DNA from: Atractiella rhizophila
Taxonomy: Eukaryota
DNA: 52,247 nucleotides
Direction of reading: 5' to 3'
Assembly (NCBI GenBank): GCA_021432655.1
Contig: MU271502.1
Span: 1 to 52,247, forward strand
Shown: piece after piece, positions 37,007 through 50,387 of the stretch
Numbering within the stretch: the first letter of the stretch is position 1
Layout of the letters: each line of letters starts with the position of its first letter
The notes under the pieces: model-generated
Seen by the model: only the letters and a program-made list of their open reading frames with translations
What the model was told of the DNA's origin: nothing
Databases searched by the model: none
Program-made: the position numbers and the translations under genes

Positions 37007-40000
37007 ATGTCTACGTCTTCGCTGCTCAAATCGCTTACCTCACCCTCTACCATTGACGCCGACCTAGCAGACCAGTTCCAACGTCTCCTCTGCATCTCTC
37101 AGCCCACCGCTCCAATAGCAGCACCTTCCTCCAATACCGCCGATAAAATAGGTTCTGGCAGAAAGGGTGATGATAAGACTCTAACAGGAGCGAAAGAGAA
37201 GGTTGGAAGGGTGAAGGTGAGTGATCGCATCAAGGGGAAGAACGGGGAAGCGTCGAATGCCCCATCGCGAAAGAAGATGCAGTCAACAGCGACGGGAACA
37301 GGACAGAGGTCGAAGAAGACAGGCCTACCTCTCCCTCCTGCTACACCTCCAGAACCAGTACCCGTCGAGCCTGCTCTTTCGCCAGCGCAAGTGGAGAATC
37401 TCGCGAAAAGCGCGGTCAACGCGTGCTTGCAGACGCTCAACAGCATTCGGGAGAGTGGCTGGAAGTATCCGTCACTTGCCAGCCCTCCTCCTCCTCAACC
37501 AATGGTTACAGCATCGTCTCGAATATCCAAAACTAGCGCGACTTCGCGGACAGGAAAGTCTAGCGCAGCATCGAAGAACGGACTGTCGCGGCCTGCTTCC
37601 GTACTGGAAAATGTTAAAGAGGCAAAAGAGAAGGAGGGACAAGTGAATGTGGAGAAAGTGAAGGCTCTCGTTGATGTGGCGCTCATTGGGCTTGGGAGAC
37701 TCGGTGAGCTGGCCAGGGAGAAGGGAAGCGATGGACGCGAAAAGGTCCTGGAAGTGGAGAATGTGAGGAGCATGATTATGGCTTGCCTCTTCAATTTGCA
37801 GGCAGTAAGTTTTTCATTATCACACATGCTCTACGGTAGCTGACGAAGGAATTGACCTGGGATTAGATGTCTGTCCTCCCTCCTCTCTTGACTCAGCGAC
37901 GCCATTCCCTCCTCACCCTCTACTTCCACCTCTCCCCTTCTATTTCGCAGAAAAGCCTAACTCCGCCACACCTACTAGAGCAGACTTTTCCCCTCCCGCA
38001 CCCAATAGATCAATTTTTCACAGACGCAACCAACAGCGTCCTAATCCACCACATTCTTTTCACGCTATCTTACTCCGTCCTCAGCGTCCCCATCTCCGAC
38101 ATCTCCCTCCGGCAGCCAAACGGGTACCTCGTCTGGCTGCAAAACGCATTTGATTCCCCTGGAAGCTGTTTGACAGAGGAGGCGCGTACGAAGATGGAAA
38201 AGTTGGCACGGATGGTGTTCAGCAAGCTTTTACGGGAGGTGGAAGGGGCTGGATGGGACTGTTTCGATATCCGACTGGCTGGGTTTGAAGCTGTTTTGGC
38301 TTGTCTTGAAAAGGGAGAAAGGGGATGGGAAGATTTGTGCTCAGTGGAGTAGGCTGCTGGCTGTTTATGTGAAGGAGGTGGGAGAAGAGAAGGAGAAGGA
38401 GTGGACGCAAGTGAAGGAGAGCATAGAAAGAGTTATGGAGGGGTTAAAGAGGAAGTGGGGTGCGGATAAAGATGGGAGATTGAGCATCTGCGAGGAAGAA
38501 AAGGAGGGATGGCATGCTGTTCTCCGAATTGCAATTGCAATGGCCACAGAGGTATGTTACCCTTGTTCTGTGTTTCTAACTTAGCTTCGGGTAGGTTCGA
38601 GATATCAATGCTCTTGATTGGCTTATGGATCTGTCCGGCGATAAAGGACGCGTGAAGTCAGAGAAAGAGGAAGAAGATCTCCAGACTCTTCGGACGCGCA
38701 TAATGGCTAATCTGAGCTCGTGGCGGATAACCTTGCAGGAGCTGAACAAAGGCGATAGTAAGCCAGCTCTTCTCCTTTTATTATCTGCTGACATCTTTTC
38801 TTGCTCAAAGATCCTACTACATCTCTCTCTTCCTCGACCCTCTCTTCGACGTTTACAGATTTGGCAAAGTTTCGTCGGTTCGTCCTAGGCAATCAGTCGA
38901 AATTGAGAGAGCACGGAATCAGTGTCAAGGCGCTCTATAGAGAAGTTGACAAGGTCATGCATTCTGCTCGCGAGTTTTTGGACAACAAGACTCTGGCTAT
39001 CCTGTGGAATGGAAAGGGGAAAGAAAGAGAAAAAGAGGTGGATGCGATGCTTATAGAACTTGTACGCTGGATCGAACGATGGGTTGAGGGTTTAAGACGT
39101 GCGAAACAGGGTGATAGCGACGTGCATCTTCTCTTTCCTCCTGATATACTCGGCTGACTCTCCTCACTAGCTTCAACATATCACTGTCACCGCAGTCGAT
39201 ATGCTTCTGTTCGTATCCAACAAACTTTTCTCTACCGATCATCCTGCTTCTTGGACTCGGGTGTCTGAGTTCCTTCTGCGATCCTTGGCACTACTAAGCG
39301 TCGAATTCACATCAGAAAGGAAAGCGAATATTGCCGACTCTTCTTTTATGAAGGAAATTATCGTGATAGTCAAGACCATGTACAATTTCGGTCGCCAACT
39401 CTGGGGCGAGAGGAAGGGAGAAGGTGGGGTCCGGCTGTTGGAAAGGTGCTGCGTTGTCTCGGAAGCTTTGCTGGAAGTCGATTCGGAGGGCAATGAGGCG
39501 CTGGCAAAAGCGATAGATGAACAACGACGATGCCTAGGAAAGCGGTGGCAGATATATGGACTTTGTCTCCTCGATGCACGGGAGCGTTTAGTGTGTATTC
39601 AATGCCTAGTGTTTACATTACTGAGGCCTCTCTAACAGCAAGCGCATGGAGCTTTTGTCTCTTCCATCCGACACCATCCTACGGAATTTTGGGACTCCCT
39701 AGCGCAACAGTTCCGTGAGAAGCCATTCGACAACATCATCTCAGACAACCAGGATGTTGTTCAGAATATCCAAAGGATTGTGCGAATTGCAGTCAACAAT
39801 TTCTCAGAAGACTCAGCCCCCGAGACTAAGGTCTTGCGTGTTTCAGACCTGTTTGGTATAGTTGACGATGCAAAAGACCAGACTGATGCCGCATTGCTCG
39901 AAGTGCAGCTACACGTTCTCGACCAATATCTCCTCAAAGCGCAAGCGAGAGAATTGGCTCTTTACATCAACCAGGAGCTCTTGAAAATATATCACGTCTC

Positions 40001-43000
40001 GCAGTCACCTATACGACGAGCAAGGTGAGGGTCCAATCGTAAATGCAATGCCATTACTGAGCATCGGATTTCTTAGGGCGTTGTGTCGACAGATGGAGCT
40101 GACAGTCGGCACTAATGAATCTATCGCCACAGCCCGAACTCATTCTGAGGAAGTTGTCCATAGTTGCTCACAAGACGTTTGTCGGCTGCCCTATAACAAG
40201 TTCGGGGAGCTGATGATTTTTAGGCACTTGGAGCGGACGAGGGCCTTCAACGTTTCAAGCATCAATACACAGGGTACTCTCGACTATGGCTGGCAATTAT
40301 GATGCAGGGCCAGCCCAACTGCGAGCAGGAATTTGAATCAAAAGCCTATTCCGCACTTCAAAGCTTTACGACTCTTGCGATAGGTGCCAACGCTCATCGT
40401 CCCAGGCTGAGTGATAAGACGAATCAAGCACCAGAACCACAACCTAGGAAGGTTGCCGCCAAAAAGTCTGTCTCAAGGCCCGGCGCTCGAGGCAAAAAGC
40501 AGAACCTTGAACGTATGCCATTTTCCTCTTGCCTTCTCTACAGTGTCGAGATGGGCCGACGTAGATAATCGGACGCCACCTCCAAAGCTCCGAACACACA
40601 ATCTTGTCGAACAAAAATCGACAGGCCCAACCGTGACAGCGACCAACTTCGAGAACGTCGGAAAGTTACGCCGCCATCTTGGTATGGTTGCAGCTCCAGC
40701 TCAGACTGAGCAATCGCCTAACCTCATTGTAGGAACCATGGTGCATCTTACTGCATCACTTTCTTTCCCCATCCTACGACTTGGATTCCTGAGGCTGCTT
40801 CACCTCATATCGGAACCAGAGAACGACCCCAACAGTCCGCAACGTCTTAACCAAACTTCTGCCTGCTCATTTTGTTGCAGGTTTTGTCCGTTGGTCGGTC
40901 GAATTAGCTCGCCAGTATCTCGCCATTGGGAAACGACGTAGAATGGGAGCTTTGCTGGACTCTCTCGATGAGTTTATAAAAGGGCCAGGCTCCAGCATTG
41001 AAACATCGACAGTCATCCTCTTACTCCTGTGCCAAGCGGAATACCGTGCCTCCATGGGAGATCATACACTCGCGTATGATTCTTCTCGTTGACATTCTTC
41101 AAGAACCTGACTTTTGCGAAATAGTGAAGCATTGTACACCAAGGCCGAAATCTTGGAAAAGGAGGAACAATCATTCAATCCTCCCGAACGGCATGATGCC
41201 TTTAAAAAGATACATGCATTAGAGCGAGCTGCGTTGGCTGCTGGAATTTTTGCTGACATTCATTTTGCTAAAGTGTGCCTATCTCGTCTCCCTGTTTCTC
41301 TTTTTGACGCTTGGATAGGGCGACTCATCTGAAGCTTTATTGTCCTCAATGCGATCCTACCGACTTTGGGTGCGTAGCCTGAACGCTGTGATACAGGCAG
41401 GGGGATATAGTCCCGCACAGTTGCATCCAACGGCTGTCGACCCATTCGCTGCCTCCGACCCGGCGACCGTCGGGAGGCATGGTACTACTCCTCTCCAATC
41501 TCAAGGGACGTTGTTGGATGAGGTTCTGTGGCGTGTGTTTGCAGTGAGTCTTAGACATATATCTCGTTTTATCCTGATATATGTATTAGCGCCTGGTGGA
41601 CATGTTGTTTCGAATCATCGCCGTTCTCTCGCACCGTGGAACATGTCGAAGCATAGATTCATTGCTCGATCACCTTATACAGCTATCAAACGATGCGTCA
41701 CTTCCTGGGCTGCGAGCTCGCACACTGAATGTTCGAGCGGAACTGAGGCAAAGGCAAGGGTTATATGAGGATGCTCAGGCAGACGTCAACGAGGCCGCAG
41801 GTCTCATCGCTGTACTTTTTTTAATTTTCCTATGCTGCTAAGACATGACTCTCTCTATAGGTCAAAAGTTTTTCAGCAGTCGATAACGAACGTATACACG
41901 GGAATTTGCTTTCACAACAGAACTGCGGCGATGAAGCGCAAGAGTTCTATTCATCAGCCCGAACTACGTTAAACCAGCTAGAAATGACCTGTAACCAAAT
42001 TGTGGACCTTGTGCCCAAGTACGCAGCACCATATACTAGCAAAGCTCGGCTGACAATTCCCCAGCATGCAAAAAGCAGCCGCTTGCCTTGATCAGCCCGA
42101 TCCATTTGCGCCGATTGTGCAAGGAGCAGTCATCAAGGCACTGTGTGAGTTCTACGTATCATGTCTTATCGATTCGATTAACCACATCTTTTGCAACAGT
42201 CTCAATCGTTGATAATGAAGAAGAATGCCAAGATCTCCTGAACGATTTTATGAAGTTGGACAACTACTTAGAGCAGAAAGTGTGTCCGTTCAGTGTTACA
42301 TGTTAAAGCTGCTGATGTAGGGGAAGGTTGAGGAGTATCAGCTTCTGTCCGCGATGAAGCTGCGTTCAGTGTTGCTCAACTTGCAGTCCACCGGATCTCT
42401 TGCCCTCGTATCGGAAGCAGGTAAAGCCTAGAAACAACATTTAGAGTTTGCTCATTAATTCTCAAAGTGCTCTCGGCCCCTGCTGTTGGACAAATCGGCG
42501 CGAAAGATCGTCTGAAGAAGACATCCACTCTGTCAGACGCGCAAGATTTCTTTTTCCGTTCACTGGAACTTTCAGTGATGCACGGAAGCTCTCGTTGCAC
42601 TCGCGAACTGAGTTTATCCTTTGCGGCCGTGTCATTCTGGCAAAATGCCTTCGTCAGGGAGGCGGACAAGGTTGATGATCTGAGACTGTCTTTTGCTTTG
42701 GGTTCGTTTCTTGGTGCATGTGAATGATACTAATCGACCATATAGATATGAGCATCAATCAGACTTTGCGACGAGAGGCCATAGAGCTCGCTACGGAGCG
42801 TTTACGCGCCGATACTATAAAACCGAACGAACGTGTTTGGGCATCTTTTCAGCCTGTAGCTGCCAACATGGACGTTGCCCCACCGCCACATGCGACCAAT
42901 TTCAATGTCGTTGATTGGAACAAACTGAAAAATCGGTATACTTTACCCTTTGACAAAGCCTTGGAAAACTTCTCTAGCCTCGCAACAAGTCTTCCGGGAG

Positions 43001-44545
43001 ATTGCATCGTTGTCCAACTGTCGGTACACGAAGAGAACTTGATCATGGTACGCTACGCACCAAATAGGGATCCATTGGCATTCCAGATGCCCTTTCAACG
43101 ATTCGCCCACCGCGAAGGGGAAGACGATGAACTCCTCCCACTTTCTCTCGCTAGAGAGGAGTTGCAGAGCATCATTGAAACCAGCAATAGGCTATCCAGT
43201 GCCTCGCCGTCCATCCAAACTGCGCGAGACAAGAATAGCTGGTGGGAAGAACGGAAGAATCTCGATTTTCGGATGAGCTCTCTACTTGCCAAGATGGAGA
43301 AGAACTGGATTGGAAGTTTCAAATGTCTCTTCTCAGGATTGGTCTTAGAGGAGGATGTCGTCGATTCGTTTGCACAAGATTTAGAATTAGTGTTGCAGCA
43401 AACTATATTCCGCAGCCCTTCTGGGAAATCTTTGGGAAAAACGAAGGGTCCTCGATTAAATCGGCAAATTATCGAATGCATTGCCTCTTTCTCAGGCACC
43501 TATACCGACGACGACCTTGAAGACTTTCTTCACTTCATAATAGATTCTTATCAGGCTGCTGGGCTATCTATTGCATCGGATGAAGTCGATGCTGACCGGG
43601 TACGCTGCTGCCTTCTGGTATGTGGATAGTCACTGACTGTAGCGTGAAGATTGGTTGCGAGATTCGTAGCAAGCTGGAAACCGCCAAGTTGGCTTGCCGA
43701 TCTAGAAATAATCAGCAACACGTCTTCTTAATTCTCGACAGGGAACTGCACTGCTTCCCTTGGGAATCTATGTCAATTTTACAAGACCGATCAGTCTCAC
43801 GTATCCCTTCAATGTCTTTTCTGCAAGACCGCCTAGAGCTCACACCTGAGGACACTTGCGAAATAACGGTCGACATTCGTCAAACTCGCTTCCTGCTCGA
43901 CCCCAAACTGGATTTCAAGCATACTCGAGGGTTGTTTCAACCATGGCTCGAAGAGATGTCGAAATATGGCTGGAAAGGTATAACTGGTCGAGAACCAATA
44001 GATTTAGAAATGAAGGGCCTGCTATCAGGATCCTTATATTTGTATGACCGTTCGCGTGATGTTTGTGACTTTAACTCACGCAGGAATTAGGTACTTTGGG
44101 CATGGGAGTGGAGCACAGTTTGTCGAATCCACAAATGTTAAAGCGATCAAAAAACTTGAGCATTGTCCCGTCGCCATGCTTTGGGGATGTTCCTCTGGAC
44201 GTTTAAAGGAAATGGGCGATTTCGACCTATCCGGGAATGCGTATAACTACATGCTGGCAGGATGGTTTGTTATGACCTGACGCTTCATCCAGAACTGACT
44301 CACTTGGACATAGTCCTTCTCTTATCGCCAACCTCTGGGACGTTACCGACAAAGACATAGATCGACTTGCTCAGTCCGTTTTCACGCATCTGGGAATATT
44401 TCCTCAGCCTTCCATCAGCAACACAGTTCCTAACTCGACACTCGCCCTCGCCCGAGCTCGTGAAGCGGTCAAGTTGAGGTATTTGACGGGAGCGGCTGCT
44501 GTGTGTTATGGCATACCATCACGCTTTGTTTTACCACAGGTTTAA
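37007..44545 (+). CDS. ESP1: Separase (peptidase C50, Esp1/Cut1)
   Basis: C-terminal WWEERKNLDFRM...WIGSFK, HVFLILDRELHCFPWESM...VSRIPS, YFGHGSGAQF (catalytic His), MLWGCSSGRL (catalytic Cys), IANLWDVTDKDIDR, and KLRYLTGAAAVCYGIP. Long helical N-terminal region with many introns. Confidence 0.95.
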
Positions 44546-45095
44546 GCTATGATTAACTTATTCTCGCAATGTGCATATTGCATCTCGTCTTTTACTGCAT
44601 TGGAATGGATATCGGAGTAACTACGAAGATGGCCCGAACATTGAACTCAAGGAGACTATAGAAGAAACGGGCTATAGTATTTCTTTCTCTTTGAGAGGCT
44701 GGTACCATATGCTATCTGCATAATTTTACACCAATTCGACGCACAAAAACAACCACTCCAAGGAAAGAAACGTTGCTTAATGTACTGGAACGTCAGAACT
44801 GTTGAAAGGGGTAAGATAAAAGGTTTGCAAAGTTATAAGAGAAGAACGAACGGGATAACGAAACCACTCAACAATATTCATATTCAAGGGAACTTTTTAC
44901 CGATCAAATTCTTCAGATTGAAACTTCGACACAACAACACTTGGGATGACGACAAGAATGTGTAGGACGAAAGGAATAACAAGACGGTAACCAAAGGACC
45001 CAACGATTTTCAATCTTTAAACAGTGAAGACAAGAAAGTTGAACGAACCATTCATAGGCTCTAAAGGTTTCCAATGTAACAAGAAACAGCGTCCT

Positions 45096-48000
45096 TCAGT
45101 CATCGACGTCAGCAACAAACTCAGAACACATCGTCTGATAGCTTGTATACCCTTTCGGAGTGTTGATGATGTTGCTGTTTTCCAACGAATCATCAAAGTT
45201 GAAAATACCCCCTGAGATTCCGCTATAAGACATAAAATCGTAGCTATCACGATTCCTATCGGGCGTATCAGACGGCGTCTTGCTCATGTCGTAGTCGGAT
45301 CTCCAAGCAGCCGGCTGCCTTTGTTCCGCTGCCTTGAGTTGCTCGACGGGGACGTGGTTCTGGTACAGGATTTCGTCGTACCCAATCTTTCGAAGAGCTC
45401 GCACCGGCGAAGAGCTCTTGAACGTGGGTCGAGGAGATCCCATGATAGCTTGACGGAACTGTCCGCTCCTGCTTCGAGCTCTCTCATGGATACCAGGAGT
45501 CGACGACGAGTTGGGATCGGGAGTGAAGAGAAGGGAAGGGTTCGCGGTGAAGTTGGCGGTGTAGGCATCAGGGGTTCGGAAGATGTGCGACGACAATTCT
45601 CCATTGGCAGTCGGCGTGCTACAACGGTTCTTTCTCGCCGGAGAGCCAGGAGCCGTAAAGCTGAAAGGAGCTGGGGAGCTTCCGATACCGAAAGTGGTAT
45701 CGAAATCGTCCATCATATCGTCCTCGCTGTAAACAAATCCTTCAACATCTTCATCCGCGATGGCATCGAGTCCAACAGCCTCAATTTGATCTTTTCTCGC
45801 ACTGTCCATGGCTTCCTCATCTAGACCCAGCTCCTCGCACGTGAAGGCTTCAGGTGAACACGACCGGGTTTCCTCATCTTCCTCATCCTCCTCCTCATCA
45901 ATATCTGCTTGCACATTCTGCCAAGGCATCCTTCTCTGCACCACCTTTCCTCTCCCGAGCCGAGATCGCTTCGCAGGAGAAGCAGCTTCGATAGGAGAGC
46001 TCGGAATCTGTCCATAGTTTCGAGCCGTGGCGCTGGCGAAGGGTGGAGGATGGGGAGCGAGGAGCGTAACGGATTCCTTCTTATGAGTGGTCTCCTTCTT
46101 CTCTCCTCTTGAGTCCGTGCTCTTCTTGACCTTCACTGGATTGAAGGGTCCGCCTTGAGCTTTGGCTAGGGCTGTCATGTTAAGTTGCCAAAAGTGCGAG
46201 GAGCTCTTGTCCCCCTTCTCGCTCGGTTGGATCTTGTTAAGGAACTCCCTGTTTGTGGAAAGGTTGTGCCTGATCGAATTCTTCCAATCCGGGCACGGAT
46301 ATTGTTTTTCGATCAGCTCGACATAGAAGGGATTCCTCGACATGATTTGGATGTAAATCTCGTGAAGGGTCAATTGCCTCTGTGGAGCGTACCAAAGTGC
46401 CTCAACGATGAGTTGCCAATACGTCAGGTCCGGTGATTTGTGCGTCATCGAGTTATGGAAGGCTTGTTGCTCCTGAGCAGTGGGTCTTCCGTACTCCGCA
46501 CGTCCCTTCAGCTTTCCCTTGGACGCGAACAGGCGTTCACAGTCCTCGACACCCATGAAAGGCACCTGACGCTCAGGAGGAGGCATGTACACTCCTTCAA
46601 CCAGCGTAGGCTTTGATTTGATGGGCGTAATGGACGGCTCGAAATCTGGACTAGACTCCGTGAAAGCCGCTTGTGAATCGCTGTCGAAGATGGAGGGAAT
46701 AGAGACGCGAGAAGATGAGGCAGCATAGATCCTGTTGTGTGGTTTGACGCTGGATGAGCTGGGAGCGATCCTGATACAAACTTTCAAACTTGTCGCACCA
46801 GTTAGAAAGAAAGAGGCAAACCTTTGAGATGAAGGAGGCTCATAGTCACTATCGCAGTCGCTCTCGACCCTACTCTTCTTCTGCGGGCCTGAAGCCGTAG
46901 ATTGCTTCCTCTTCCTTTTCTGAAGATTGTTCGCGAGAGGTGCTTCGGCGGAGCTGGTAGACGAAGGAGAGATGACATCGACAGAAATAATTGGATCCTC
47001 TTCCATAGGGATCACGGGAATATCTGGTTCCTACTTTCACAATCAGTTGATGCAGGCGAGGAGGGGAGAACAAAAACAAACCTCGCAAAATGCATCCCCC
47101 AGGCCAAGGCCTACATTCTTCCTCCCCAACTCATCCCTCCAGAGTTCCTCTCTGGTTCCTTCCCTATTATCCAAGAACCGACTCATGAGCCCCCTACCCA
47201 TCTTCCTCTGGTTTTCCGCTTCATTGAACTTGGCTTCCTCCTCCAACAAACTCCTGATATCGTCCTCCTCCTTCACTCTAACGTGACTAGGAGGCGACAC
47301 CTCGAATCCGGACAATGCTTCAAATCTCCTACTCCTCCTATCCATGCCCTCCTTCTTCTTAATCTCCACCGCACGAACCATCATCGAATCCTCCATGCTC
47401 ACTTTCTTCCTCACCCCCTCTCCGTTCACGCCTCCCTCCTTTCCTCCTCCCCCAAACGCCGCACTCAAACCAGCCATCTGCTCTCTGTCGTTCCCTTCCC
47501 TCCAACTCCTCTCAACATTCGGATCGACAATATAGACCTGACTAGCATCATACGGCTCTCTCTTCTTCTGCACCGGAGCCTGGACCGTCCCATTCGTCCC
47601 AGGCTCAGAGACTCCCTTCCAGAGGTTCTTAGTCTCTCCCATCCTCCTCTTAAATTCCGCCTCATCGATCCCAATCTTCTCCAACATATCCCTCGTCGAA
47701 TCTGACACCTTATTCGGCGGGCTCACCATCACATTCGGGGGTCTCGGCGCTCCCATTCCAGCATTCACGCTCAAGAATCCCGCCGAACTTGACCTTGGGA
47801 TCCCACTCGGCACTCCTCCTCCTCCTCCGCCTCCTCCAAGGTAGACGCTCGACTTTGGTGGAAGATTGTTGGTGGACATGCTATGTGTGAGACCCTGAGG
47901 CCTCAACCCTGCACCAACGCCAGTCGACTGAGTCCTCAAAGGTTGACTCGCCGGGCGAGGAGGTTGGGAGGGAGGACGAAGCGGAATGTCGGGGCGGGGG

Positions 48001-49650
48001 AGTGGGATGTCAGCTTGAGAAGCGGGACGGAGAGGGAGTGCGCTGTCGTTTTCTCCTCCTGCACTTCCAATACCAGAGCTAGCCCTGGATGGTAAATTGG
48101 TGACAGGCCTCGCTCTGACGTCTGACGCCATTGAGGAGGAAGGATGAGGTGCAACGGTGTTCGAGTGGGGGTCGGTGATGGTGAGTGTGGACTGAGAGGT
48201 TGAGGGAGGAACGGAGTGGAGGAGTGATGTGATGTGTTGCTGTTGTGAATAGCCCTTCTTTGCACTGTCCGGAGCTACTGTAGTGTTGAAAGAGGCACTG
48301 GAGTCTTGGCTGGAGGCGAAAGGGGCAAGTGCTCCAATCCCTTGCCCACCCGAGGATTGGGAGCTTGGTGGTCCGTCCTCTAAGGTCGCAGGTCTTGGGG
48401 GATAATCAAACGTGACGGGCATGTTGTTTTCCTTCTTATTCTTCTTCTGATTCGATGTCGTTCCTGCCATCATCGCAACCCACAGCGAGGAACAAGTCAA
48501 TAACCGTTCTCCACAGCCCAAAACGTTGCAAAATGAGGATGAAAGACGTACTCTTCTTCACGACCTTATCCGACTCGTCTTTCTTAGGTCTCCCCTTCTT
48601 CGTCTTCTTAAACCCCTGAACACTAAACGACTCTTCAAACTGCTTAGATGCTTTCGCCGCTCGACTTTTCGTCGTCCGAGTGCCAGCTGCGTCTTCTTCT
48701 CTCTTCAAGTTTCTGCCCGCCTTCCACCTATTCGTTGGTTCAGGTTCGACGGGTAAGAGGACGCCCGATTCTTCCTTTACCAGAGGCTGAATCTGAGTCT
48801 GAACGACTTCCACAGGAGTAGGTGGTTGAAAACTGAGATCAGGAGCCGAGTGGGAACGAAGGAGGTCTGGTCGTTGAGGATGTTGTTGTTCACTAAGAGT
48901 CGTAAAAGGCGAGAGAAATCGATCTGTTACCCGCCACGAACGCGCGTCAGTCAGCTCCACACGGCCCCTATCTCCGAAAACAACAAAGGAATAAGGGAGC
49001 GGGGAAGGAGACTGACGATCGAGTAAGGGTTGAGGGGTGTGATACTCCACTTGAGGATGCTGATATGCCTCGTACACAGGGGGAGACTGGGGAGTAGAGA
49101 CGAGTCCGGACTCTCCGACGGGGGTGAGATGGACTCGAGGAAGGTGCGGCTCGTACGGCGTGAACGGGAGGTGTAAAATTGGCTCTTCTGCACCGGAAGA
49201 GGATGAAACGGGGTAGGTATTCCCAGAAGGGACGAGGAGGACGGGTTGGAGTGGTTGTACTTGGGGCGTCTGGTCGGAGCAGTCAGACAGTCGCCGTTGT
49301 TGTTGTTCCGCGTGCAGTTCCTCTTCGTGTGGATGCTGCTGATCCTGAGAGGGTTGAGATTGGAAGAAGGGATAGAACTGTTGAAGGCGCGCGTGGAGGT
49401 CGTCAGATGGGGTCTGCGCGCGAGAGAGGGCGGGGATGGGGAGGCAATGCGCGTCTTGATCCGCGGTCGCGCTTCCCTGTTGATGTTGATTGTACGAGAA
49501 GATAGGGTTCTGGGGAAAGGCAAAGTTAGATATTATCTCTGCTGGGCAGCTTTGTTGGAGGCCGTTGGGTGGAAATGGATGAAGACTATTATGAGGAAAG
49601 TGATTGAAAGTATTAAGAGGATTACTATGAACTTGATATTGATACTCCAT
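45096..49650 (-). CDS. Large (~1471 aa) forkhead-box transcription factor, Hcm1/Sep1-like
   Basis: Forkhead domain KSPDLTYWQLIVEAL...LTLHEIYIQI...PFY...WKNSIRHNLSTN...F...FWQL. Three phase-consistent exons: 49650-48552, 48463-47082, 47030-45096. Many S/T-P sites. No FHA domain seen. Confidence 0.85.
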
Positions 49651-49729
49651 TTTTGAAATGAGGGAGCGTGAAACATGTAATTTGCCTGTGTTTTCGAAAG
49701 AAATGGCGGGTAGGGAAAGACGACGGTGG

Positions 49730-50318
49730 CGCGAAAGGGGGAAAAGGGGACGATGGAGGAGTTATATGGGAGGAAAAGTGATGGGAAGTTGCCACCCTGG
49801 CCTTCCCGCCGTCCTTCGCGTGGGAAAGTTTCACTCACTCGTGGCGTTCCCAGATAAACGAGCAAGTTCCAACTCTGCCTTTCTCACACCAGCAGCACTT
49901 TTCCGAGGGCGGACGGCGGGAAGGAGATGGCGGATGTGGATGGAGGTGCGATGTGACGATGACGATGACGGAACAATAAAAAATCCAGTTTCGCGATGTC
50001 GCTGGGGTGCTCTCGAGTGCAGCGAGACGCGGGGCAGCAGACGAGATTATCGAGCGATTAGCGGGCGCTGGCACGCGTGGTGACGATGGCCAGAGTGGAT
50101 GGTCGCGGTAAGTTGTTTTTGCGATTCCTTTCAGAACCGTCACCTGACCCTATCTGTGCTATTGTTGTAATTTGTTGACCCTACAACCACGACCAACGAA
50201 ACTGAACGCGTCAAAGGGGCATACTGTCACGAGTTGGAGTAGGATATAGTGGAGAGCGTAACGAAAGACTGGCACGTTGAACGAGAAAAATCCATACACA
50301 GGTGAGCTCCCAACGCGT
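49730..50318. promoter_or_regulatory. Bidirectional promoter with MCB (ACGCGT) and SCB-like (CGCGAAA) cell-cycle boxes
   Basis: ACGCGT at 50073, 50206 and 50313. CGCGAAA at 49730 and on the reverse strand at 49989-49995. Lies between the divergent forkhead and GCP3 genes. Confidence 0.7.
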
Positions 50319-50387
50319 CCATCAATCACTGGGTCACAAAGCCAACTGCTCATCTCTGCACGAATCTCGCTTGCATTTCGATAAGAC

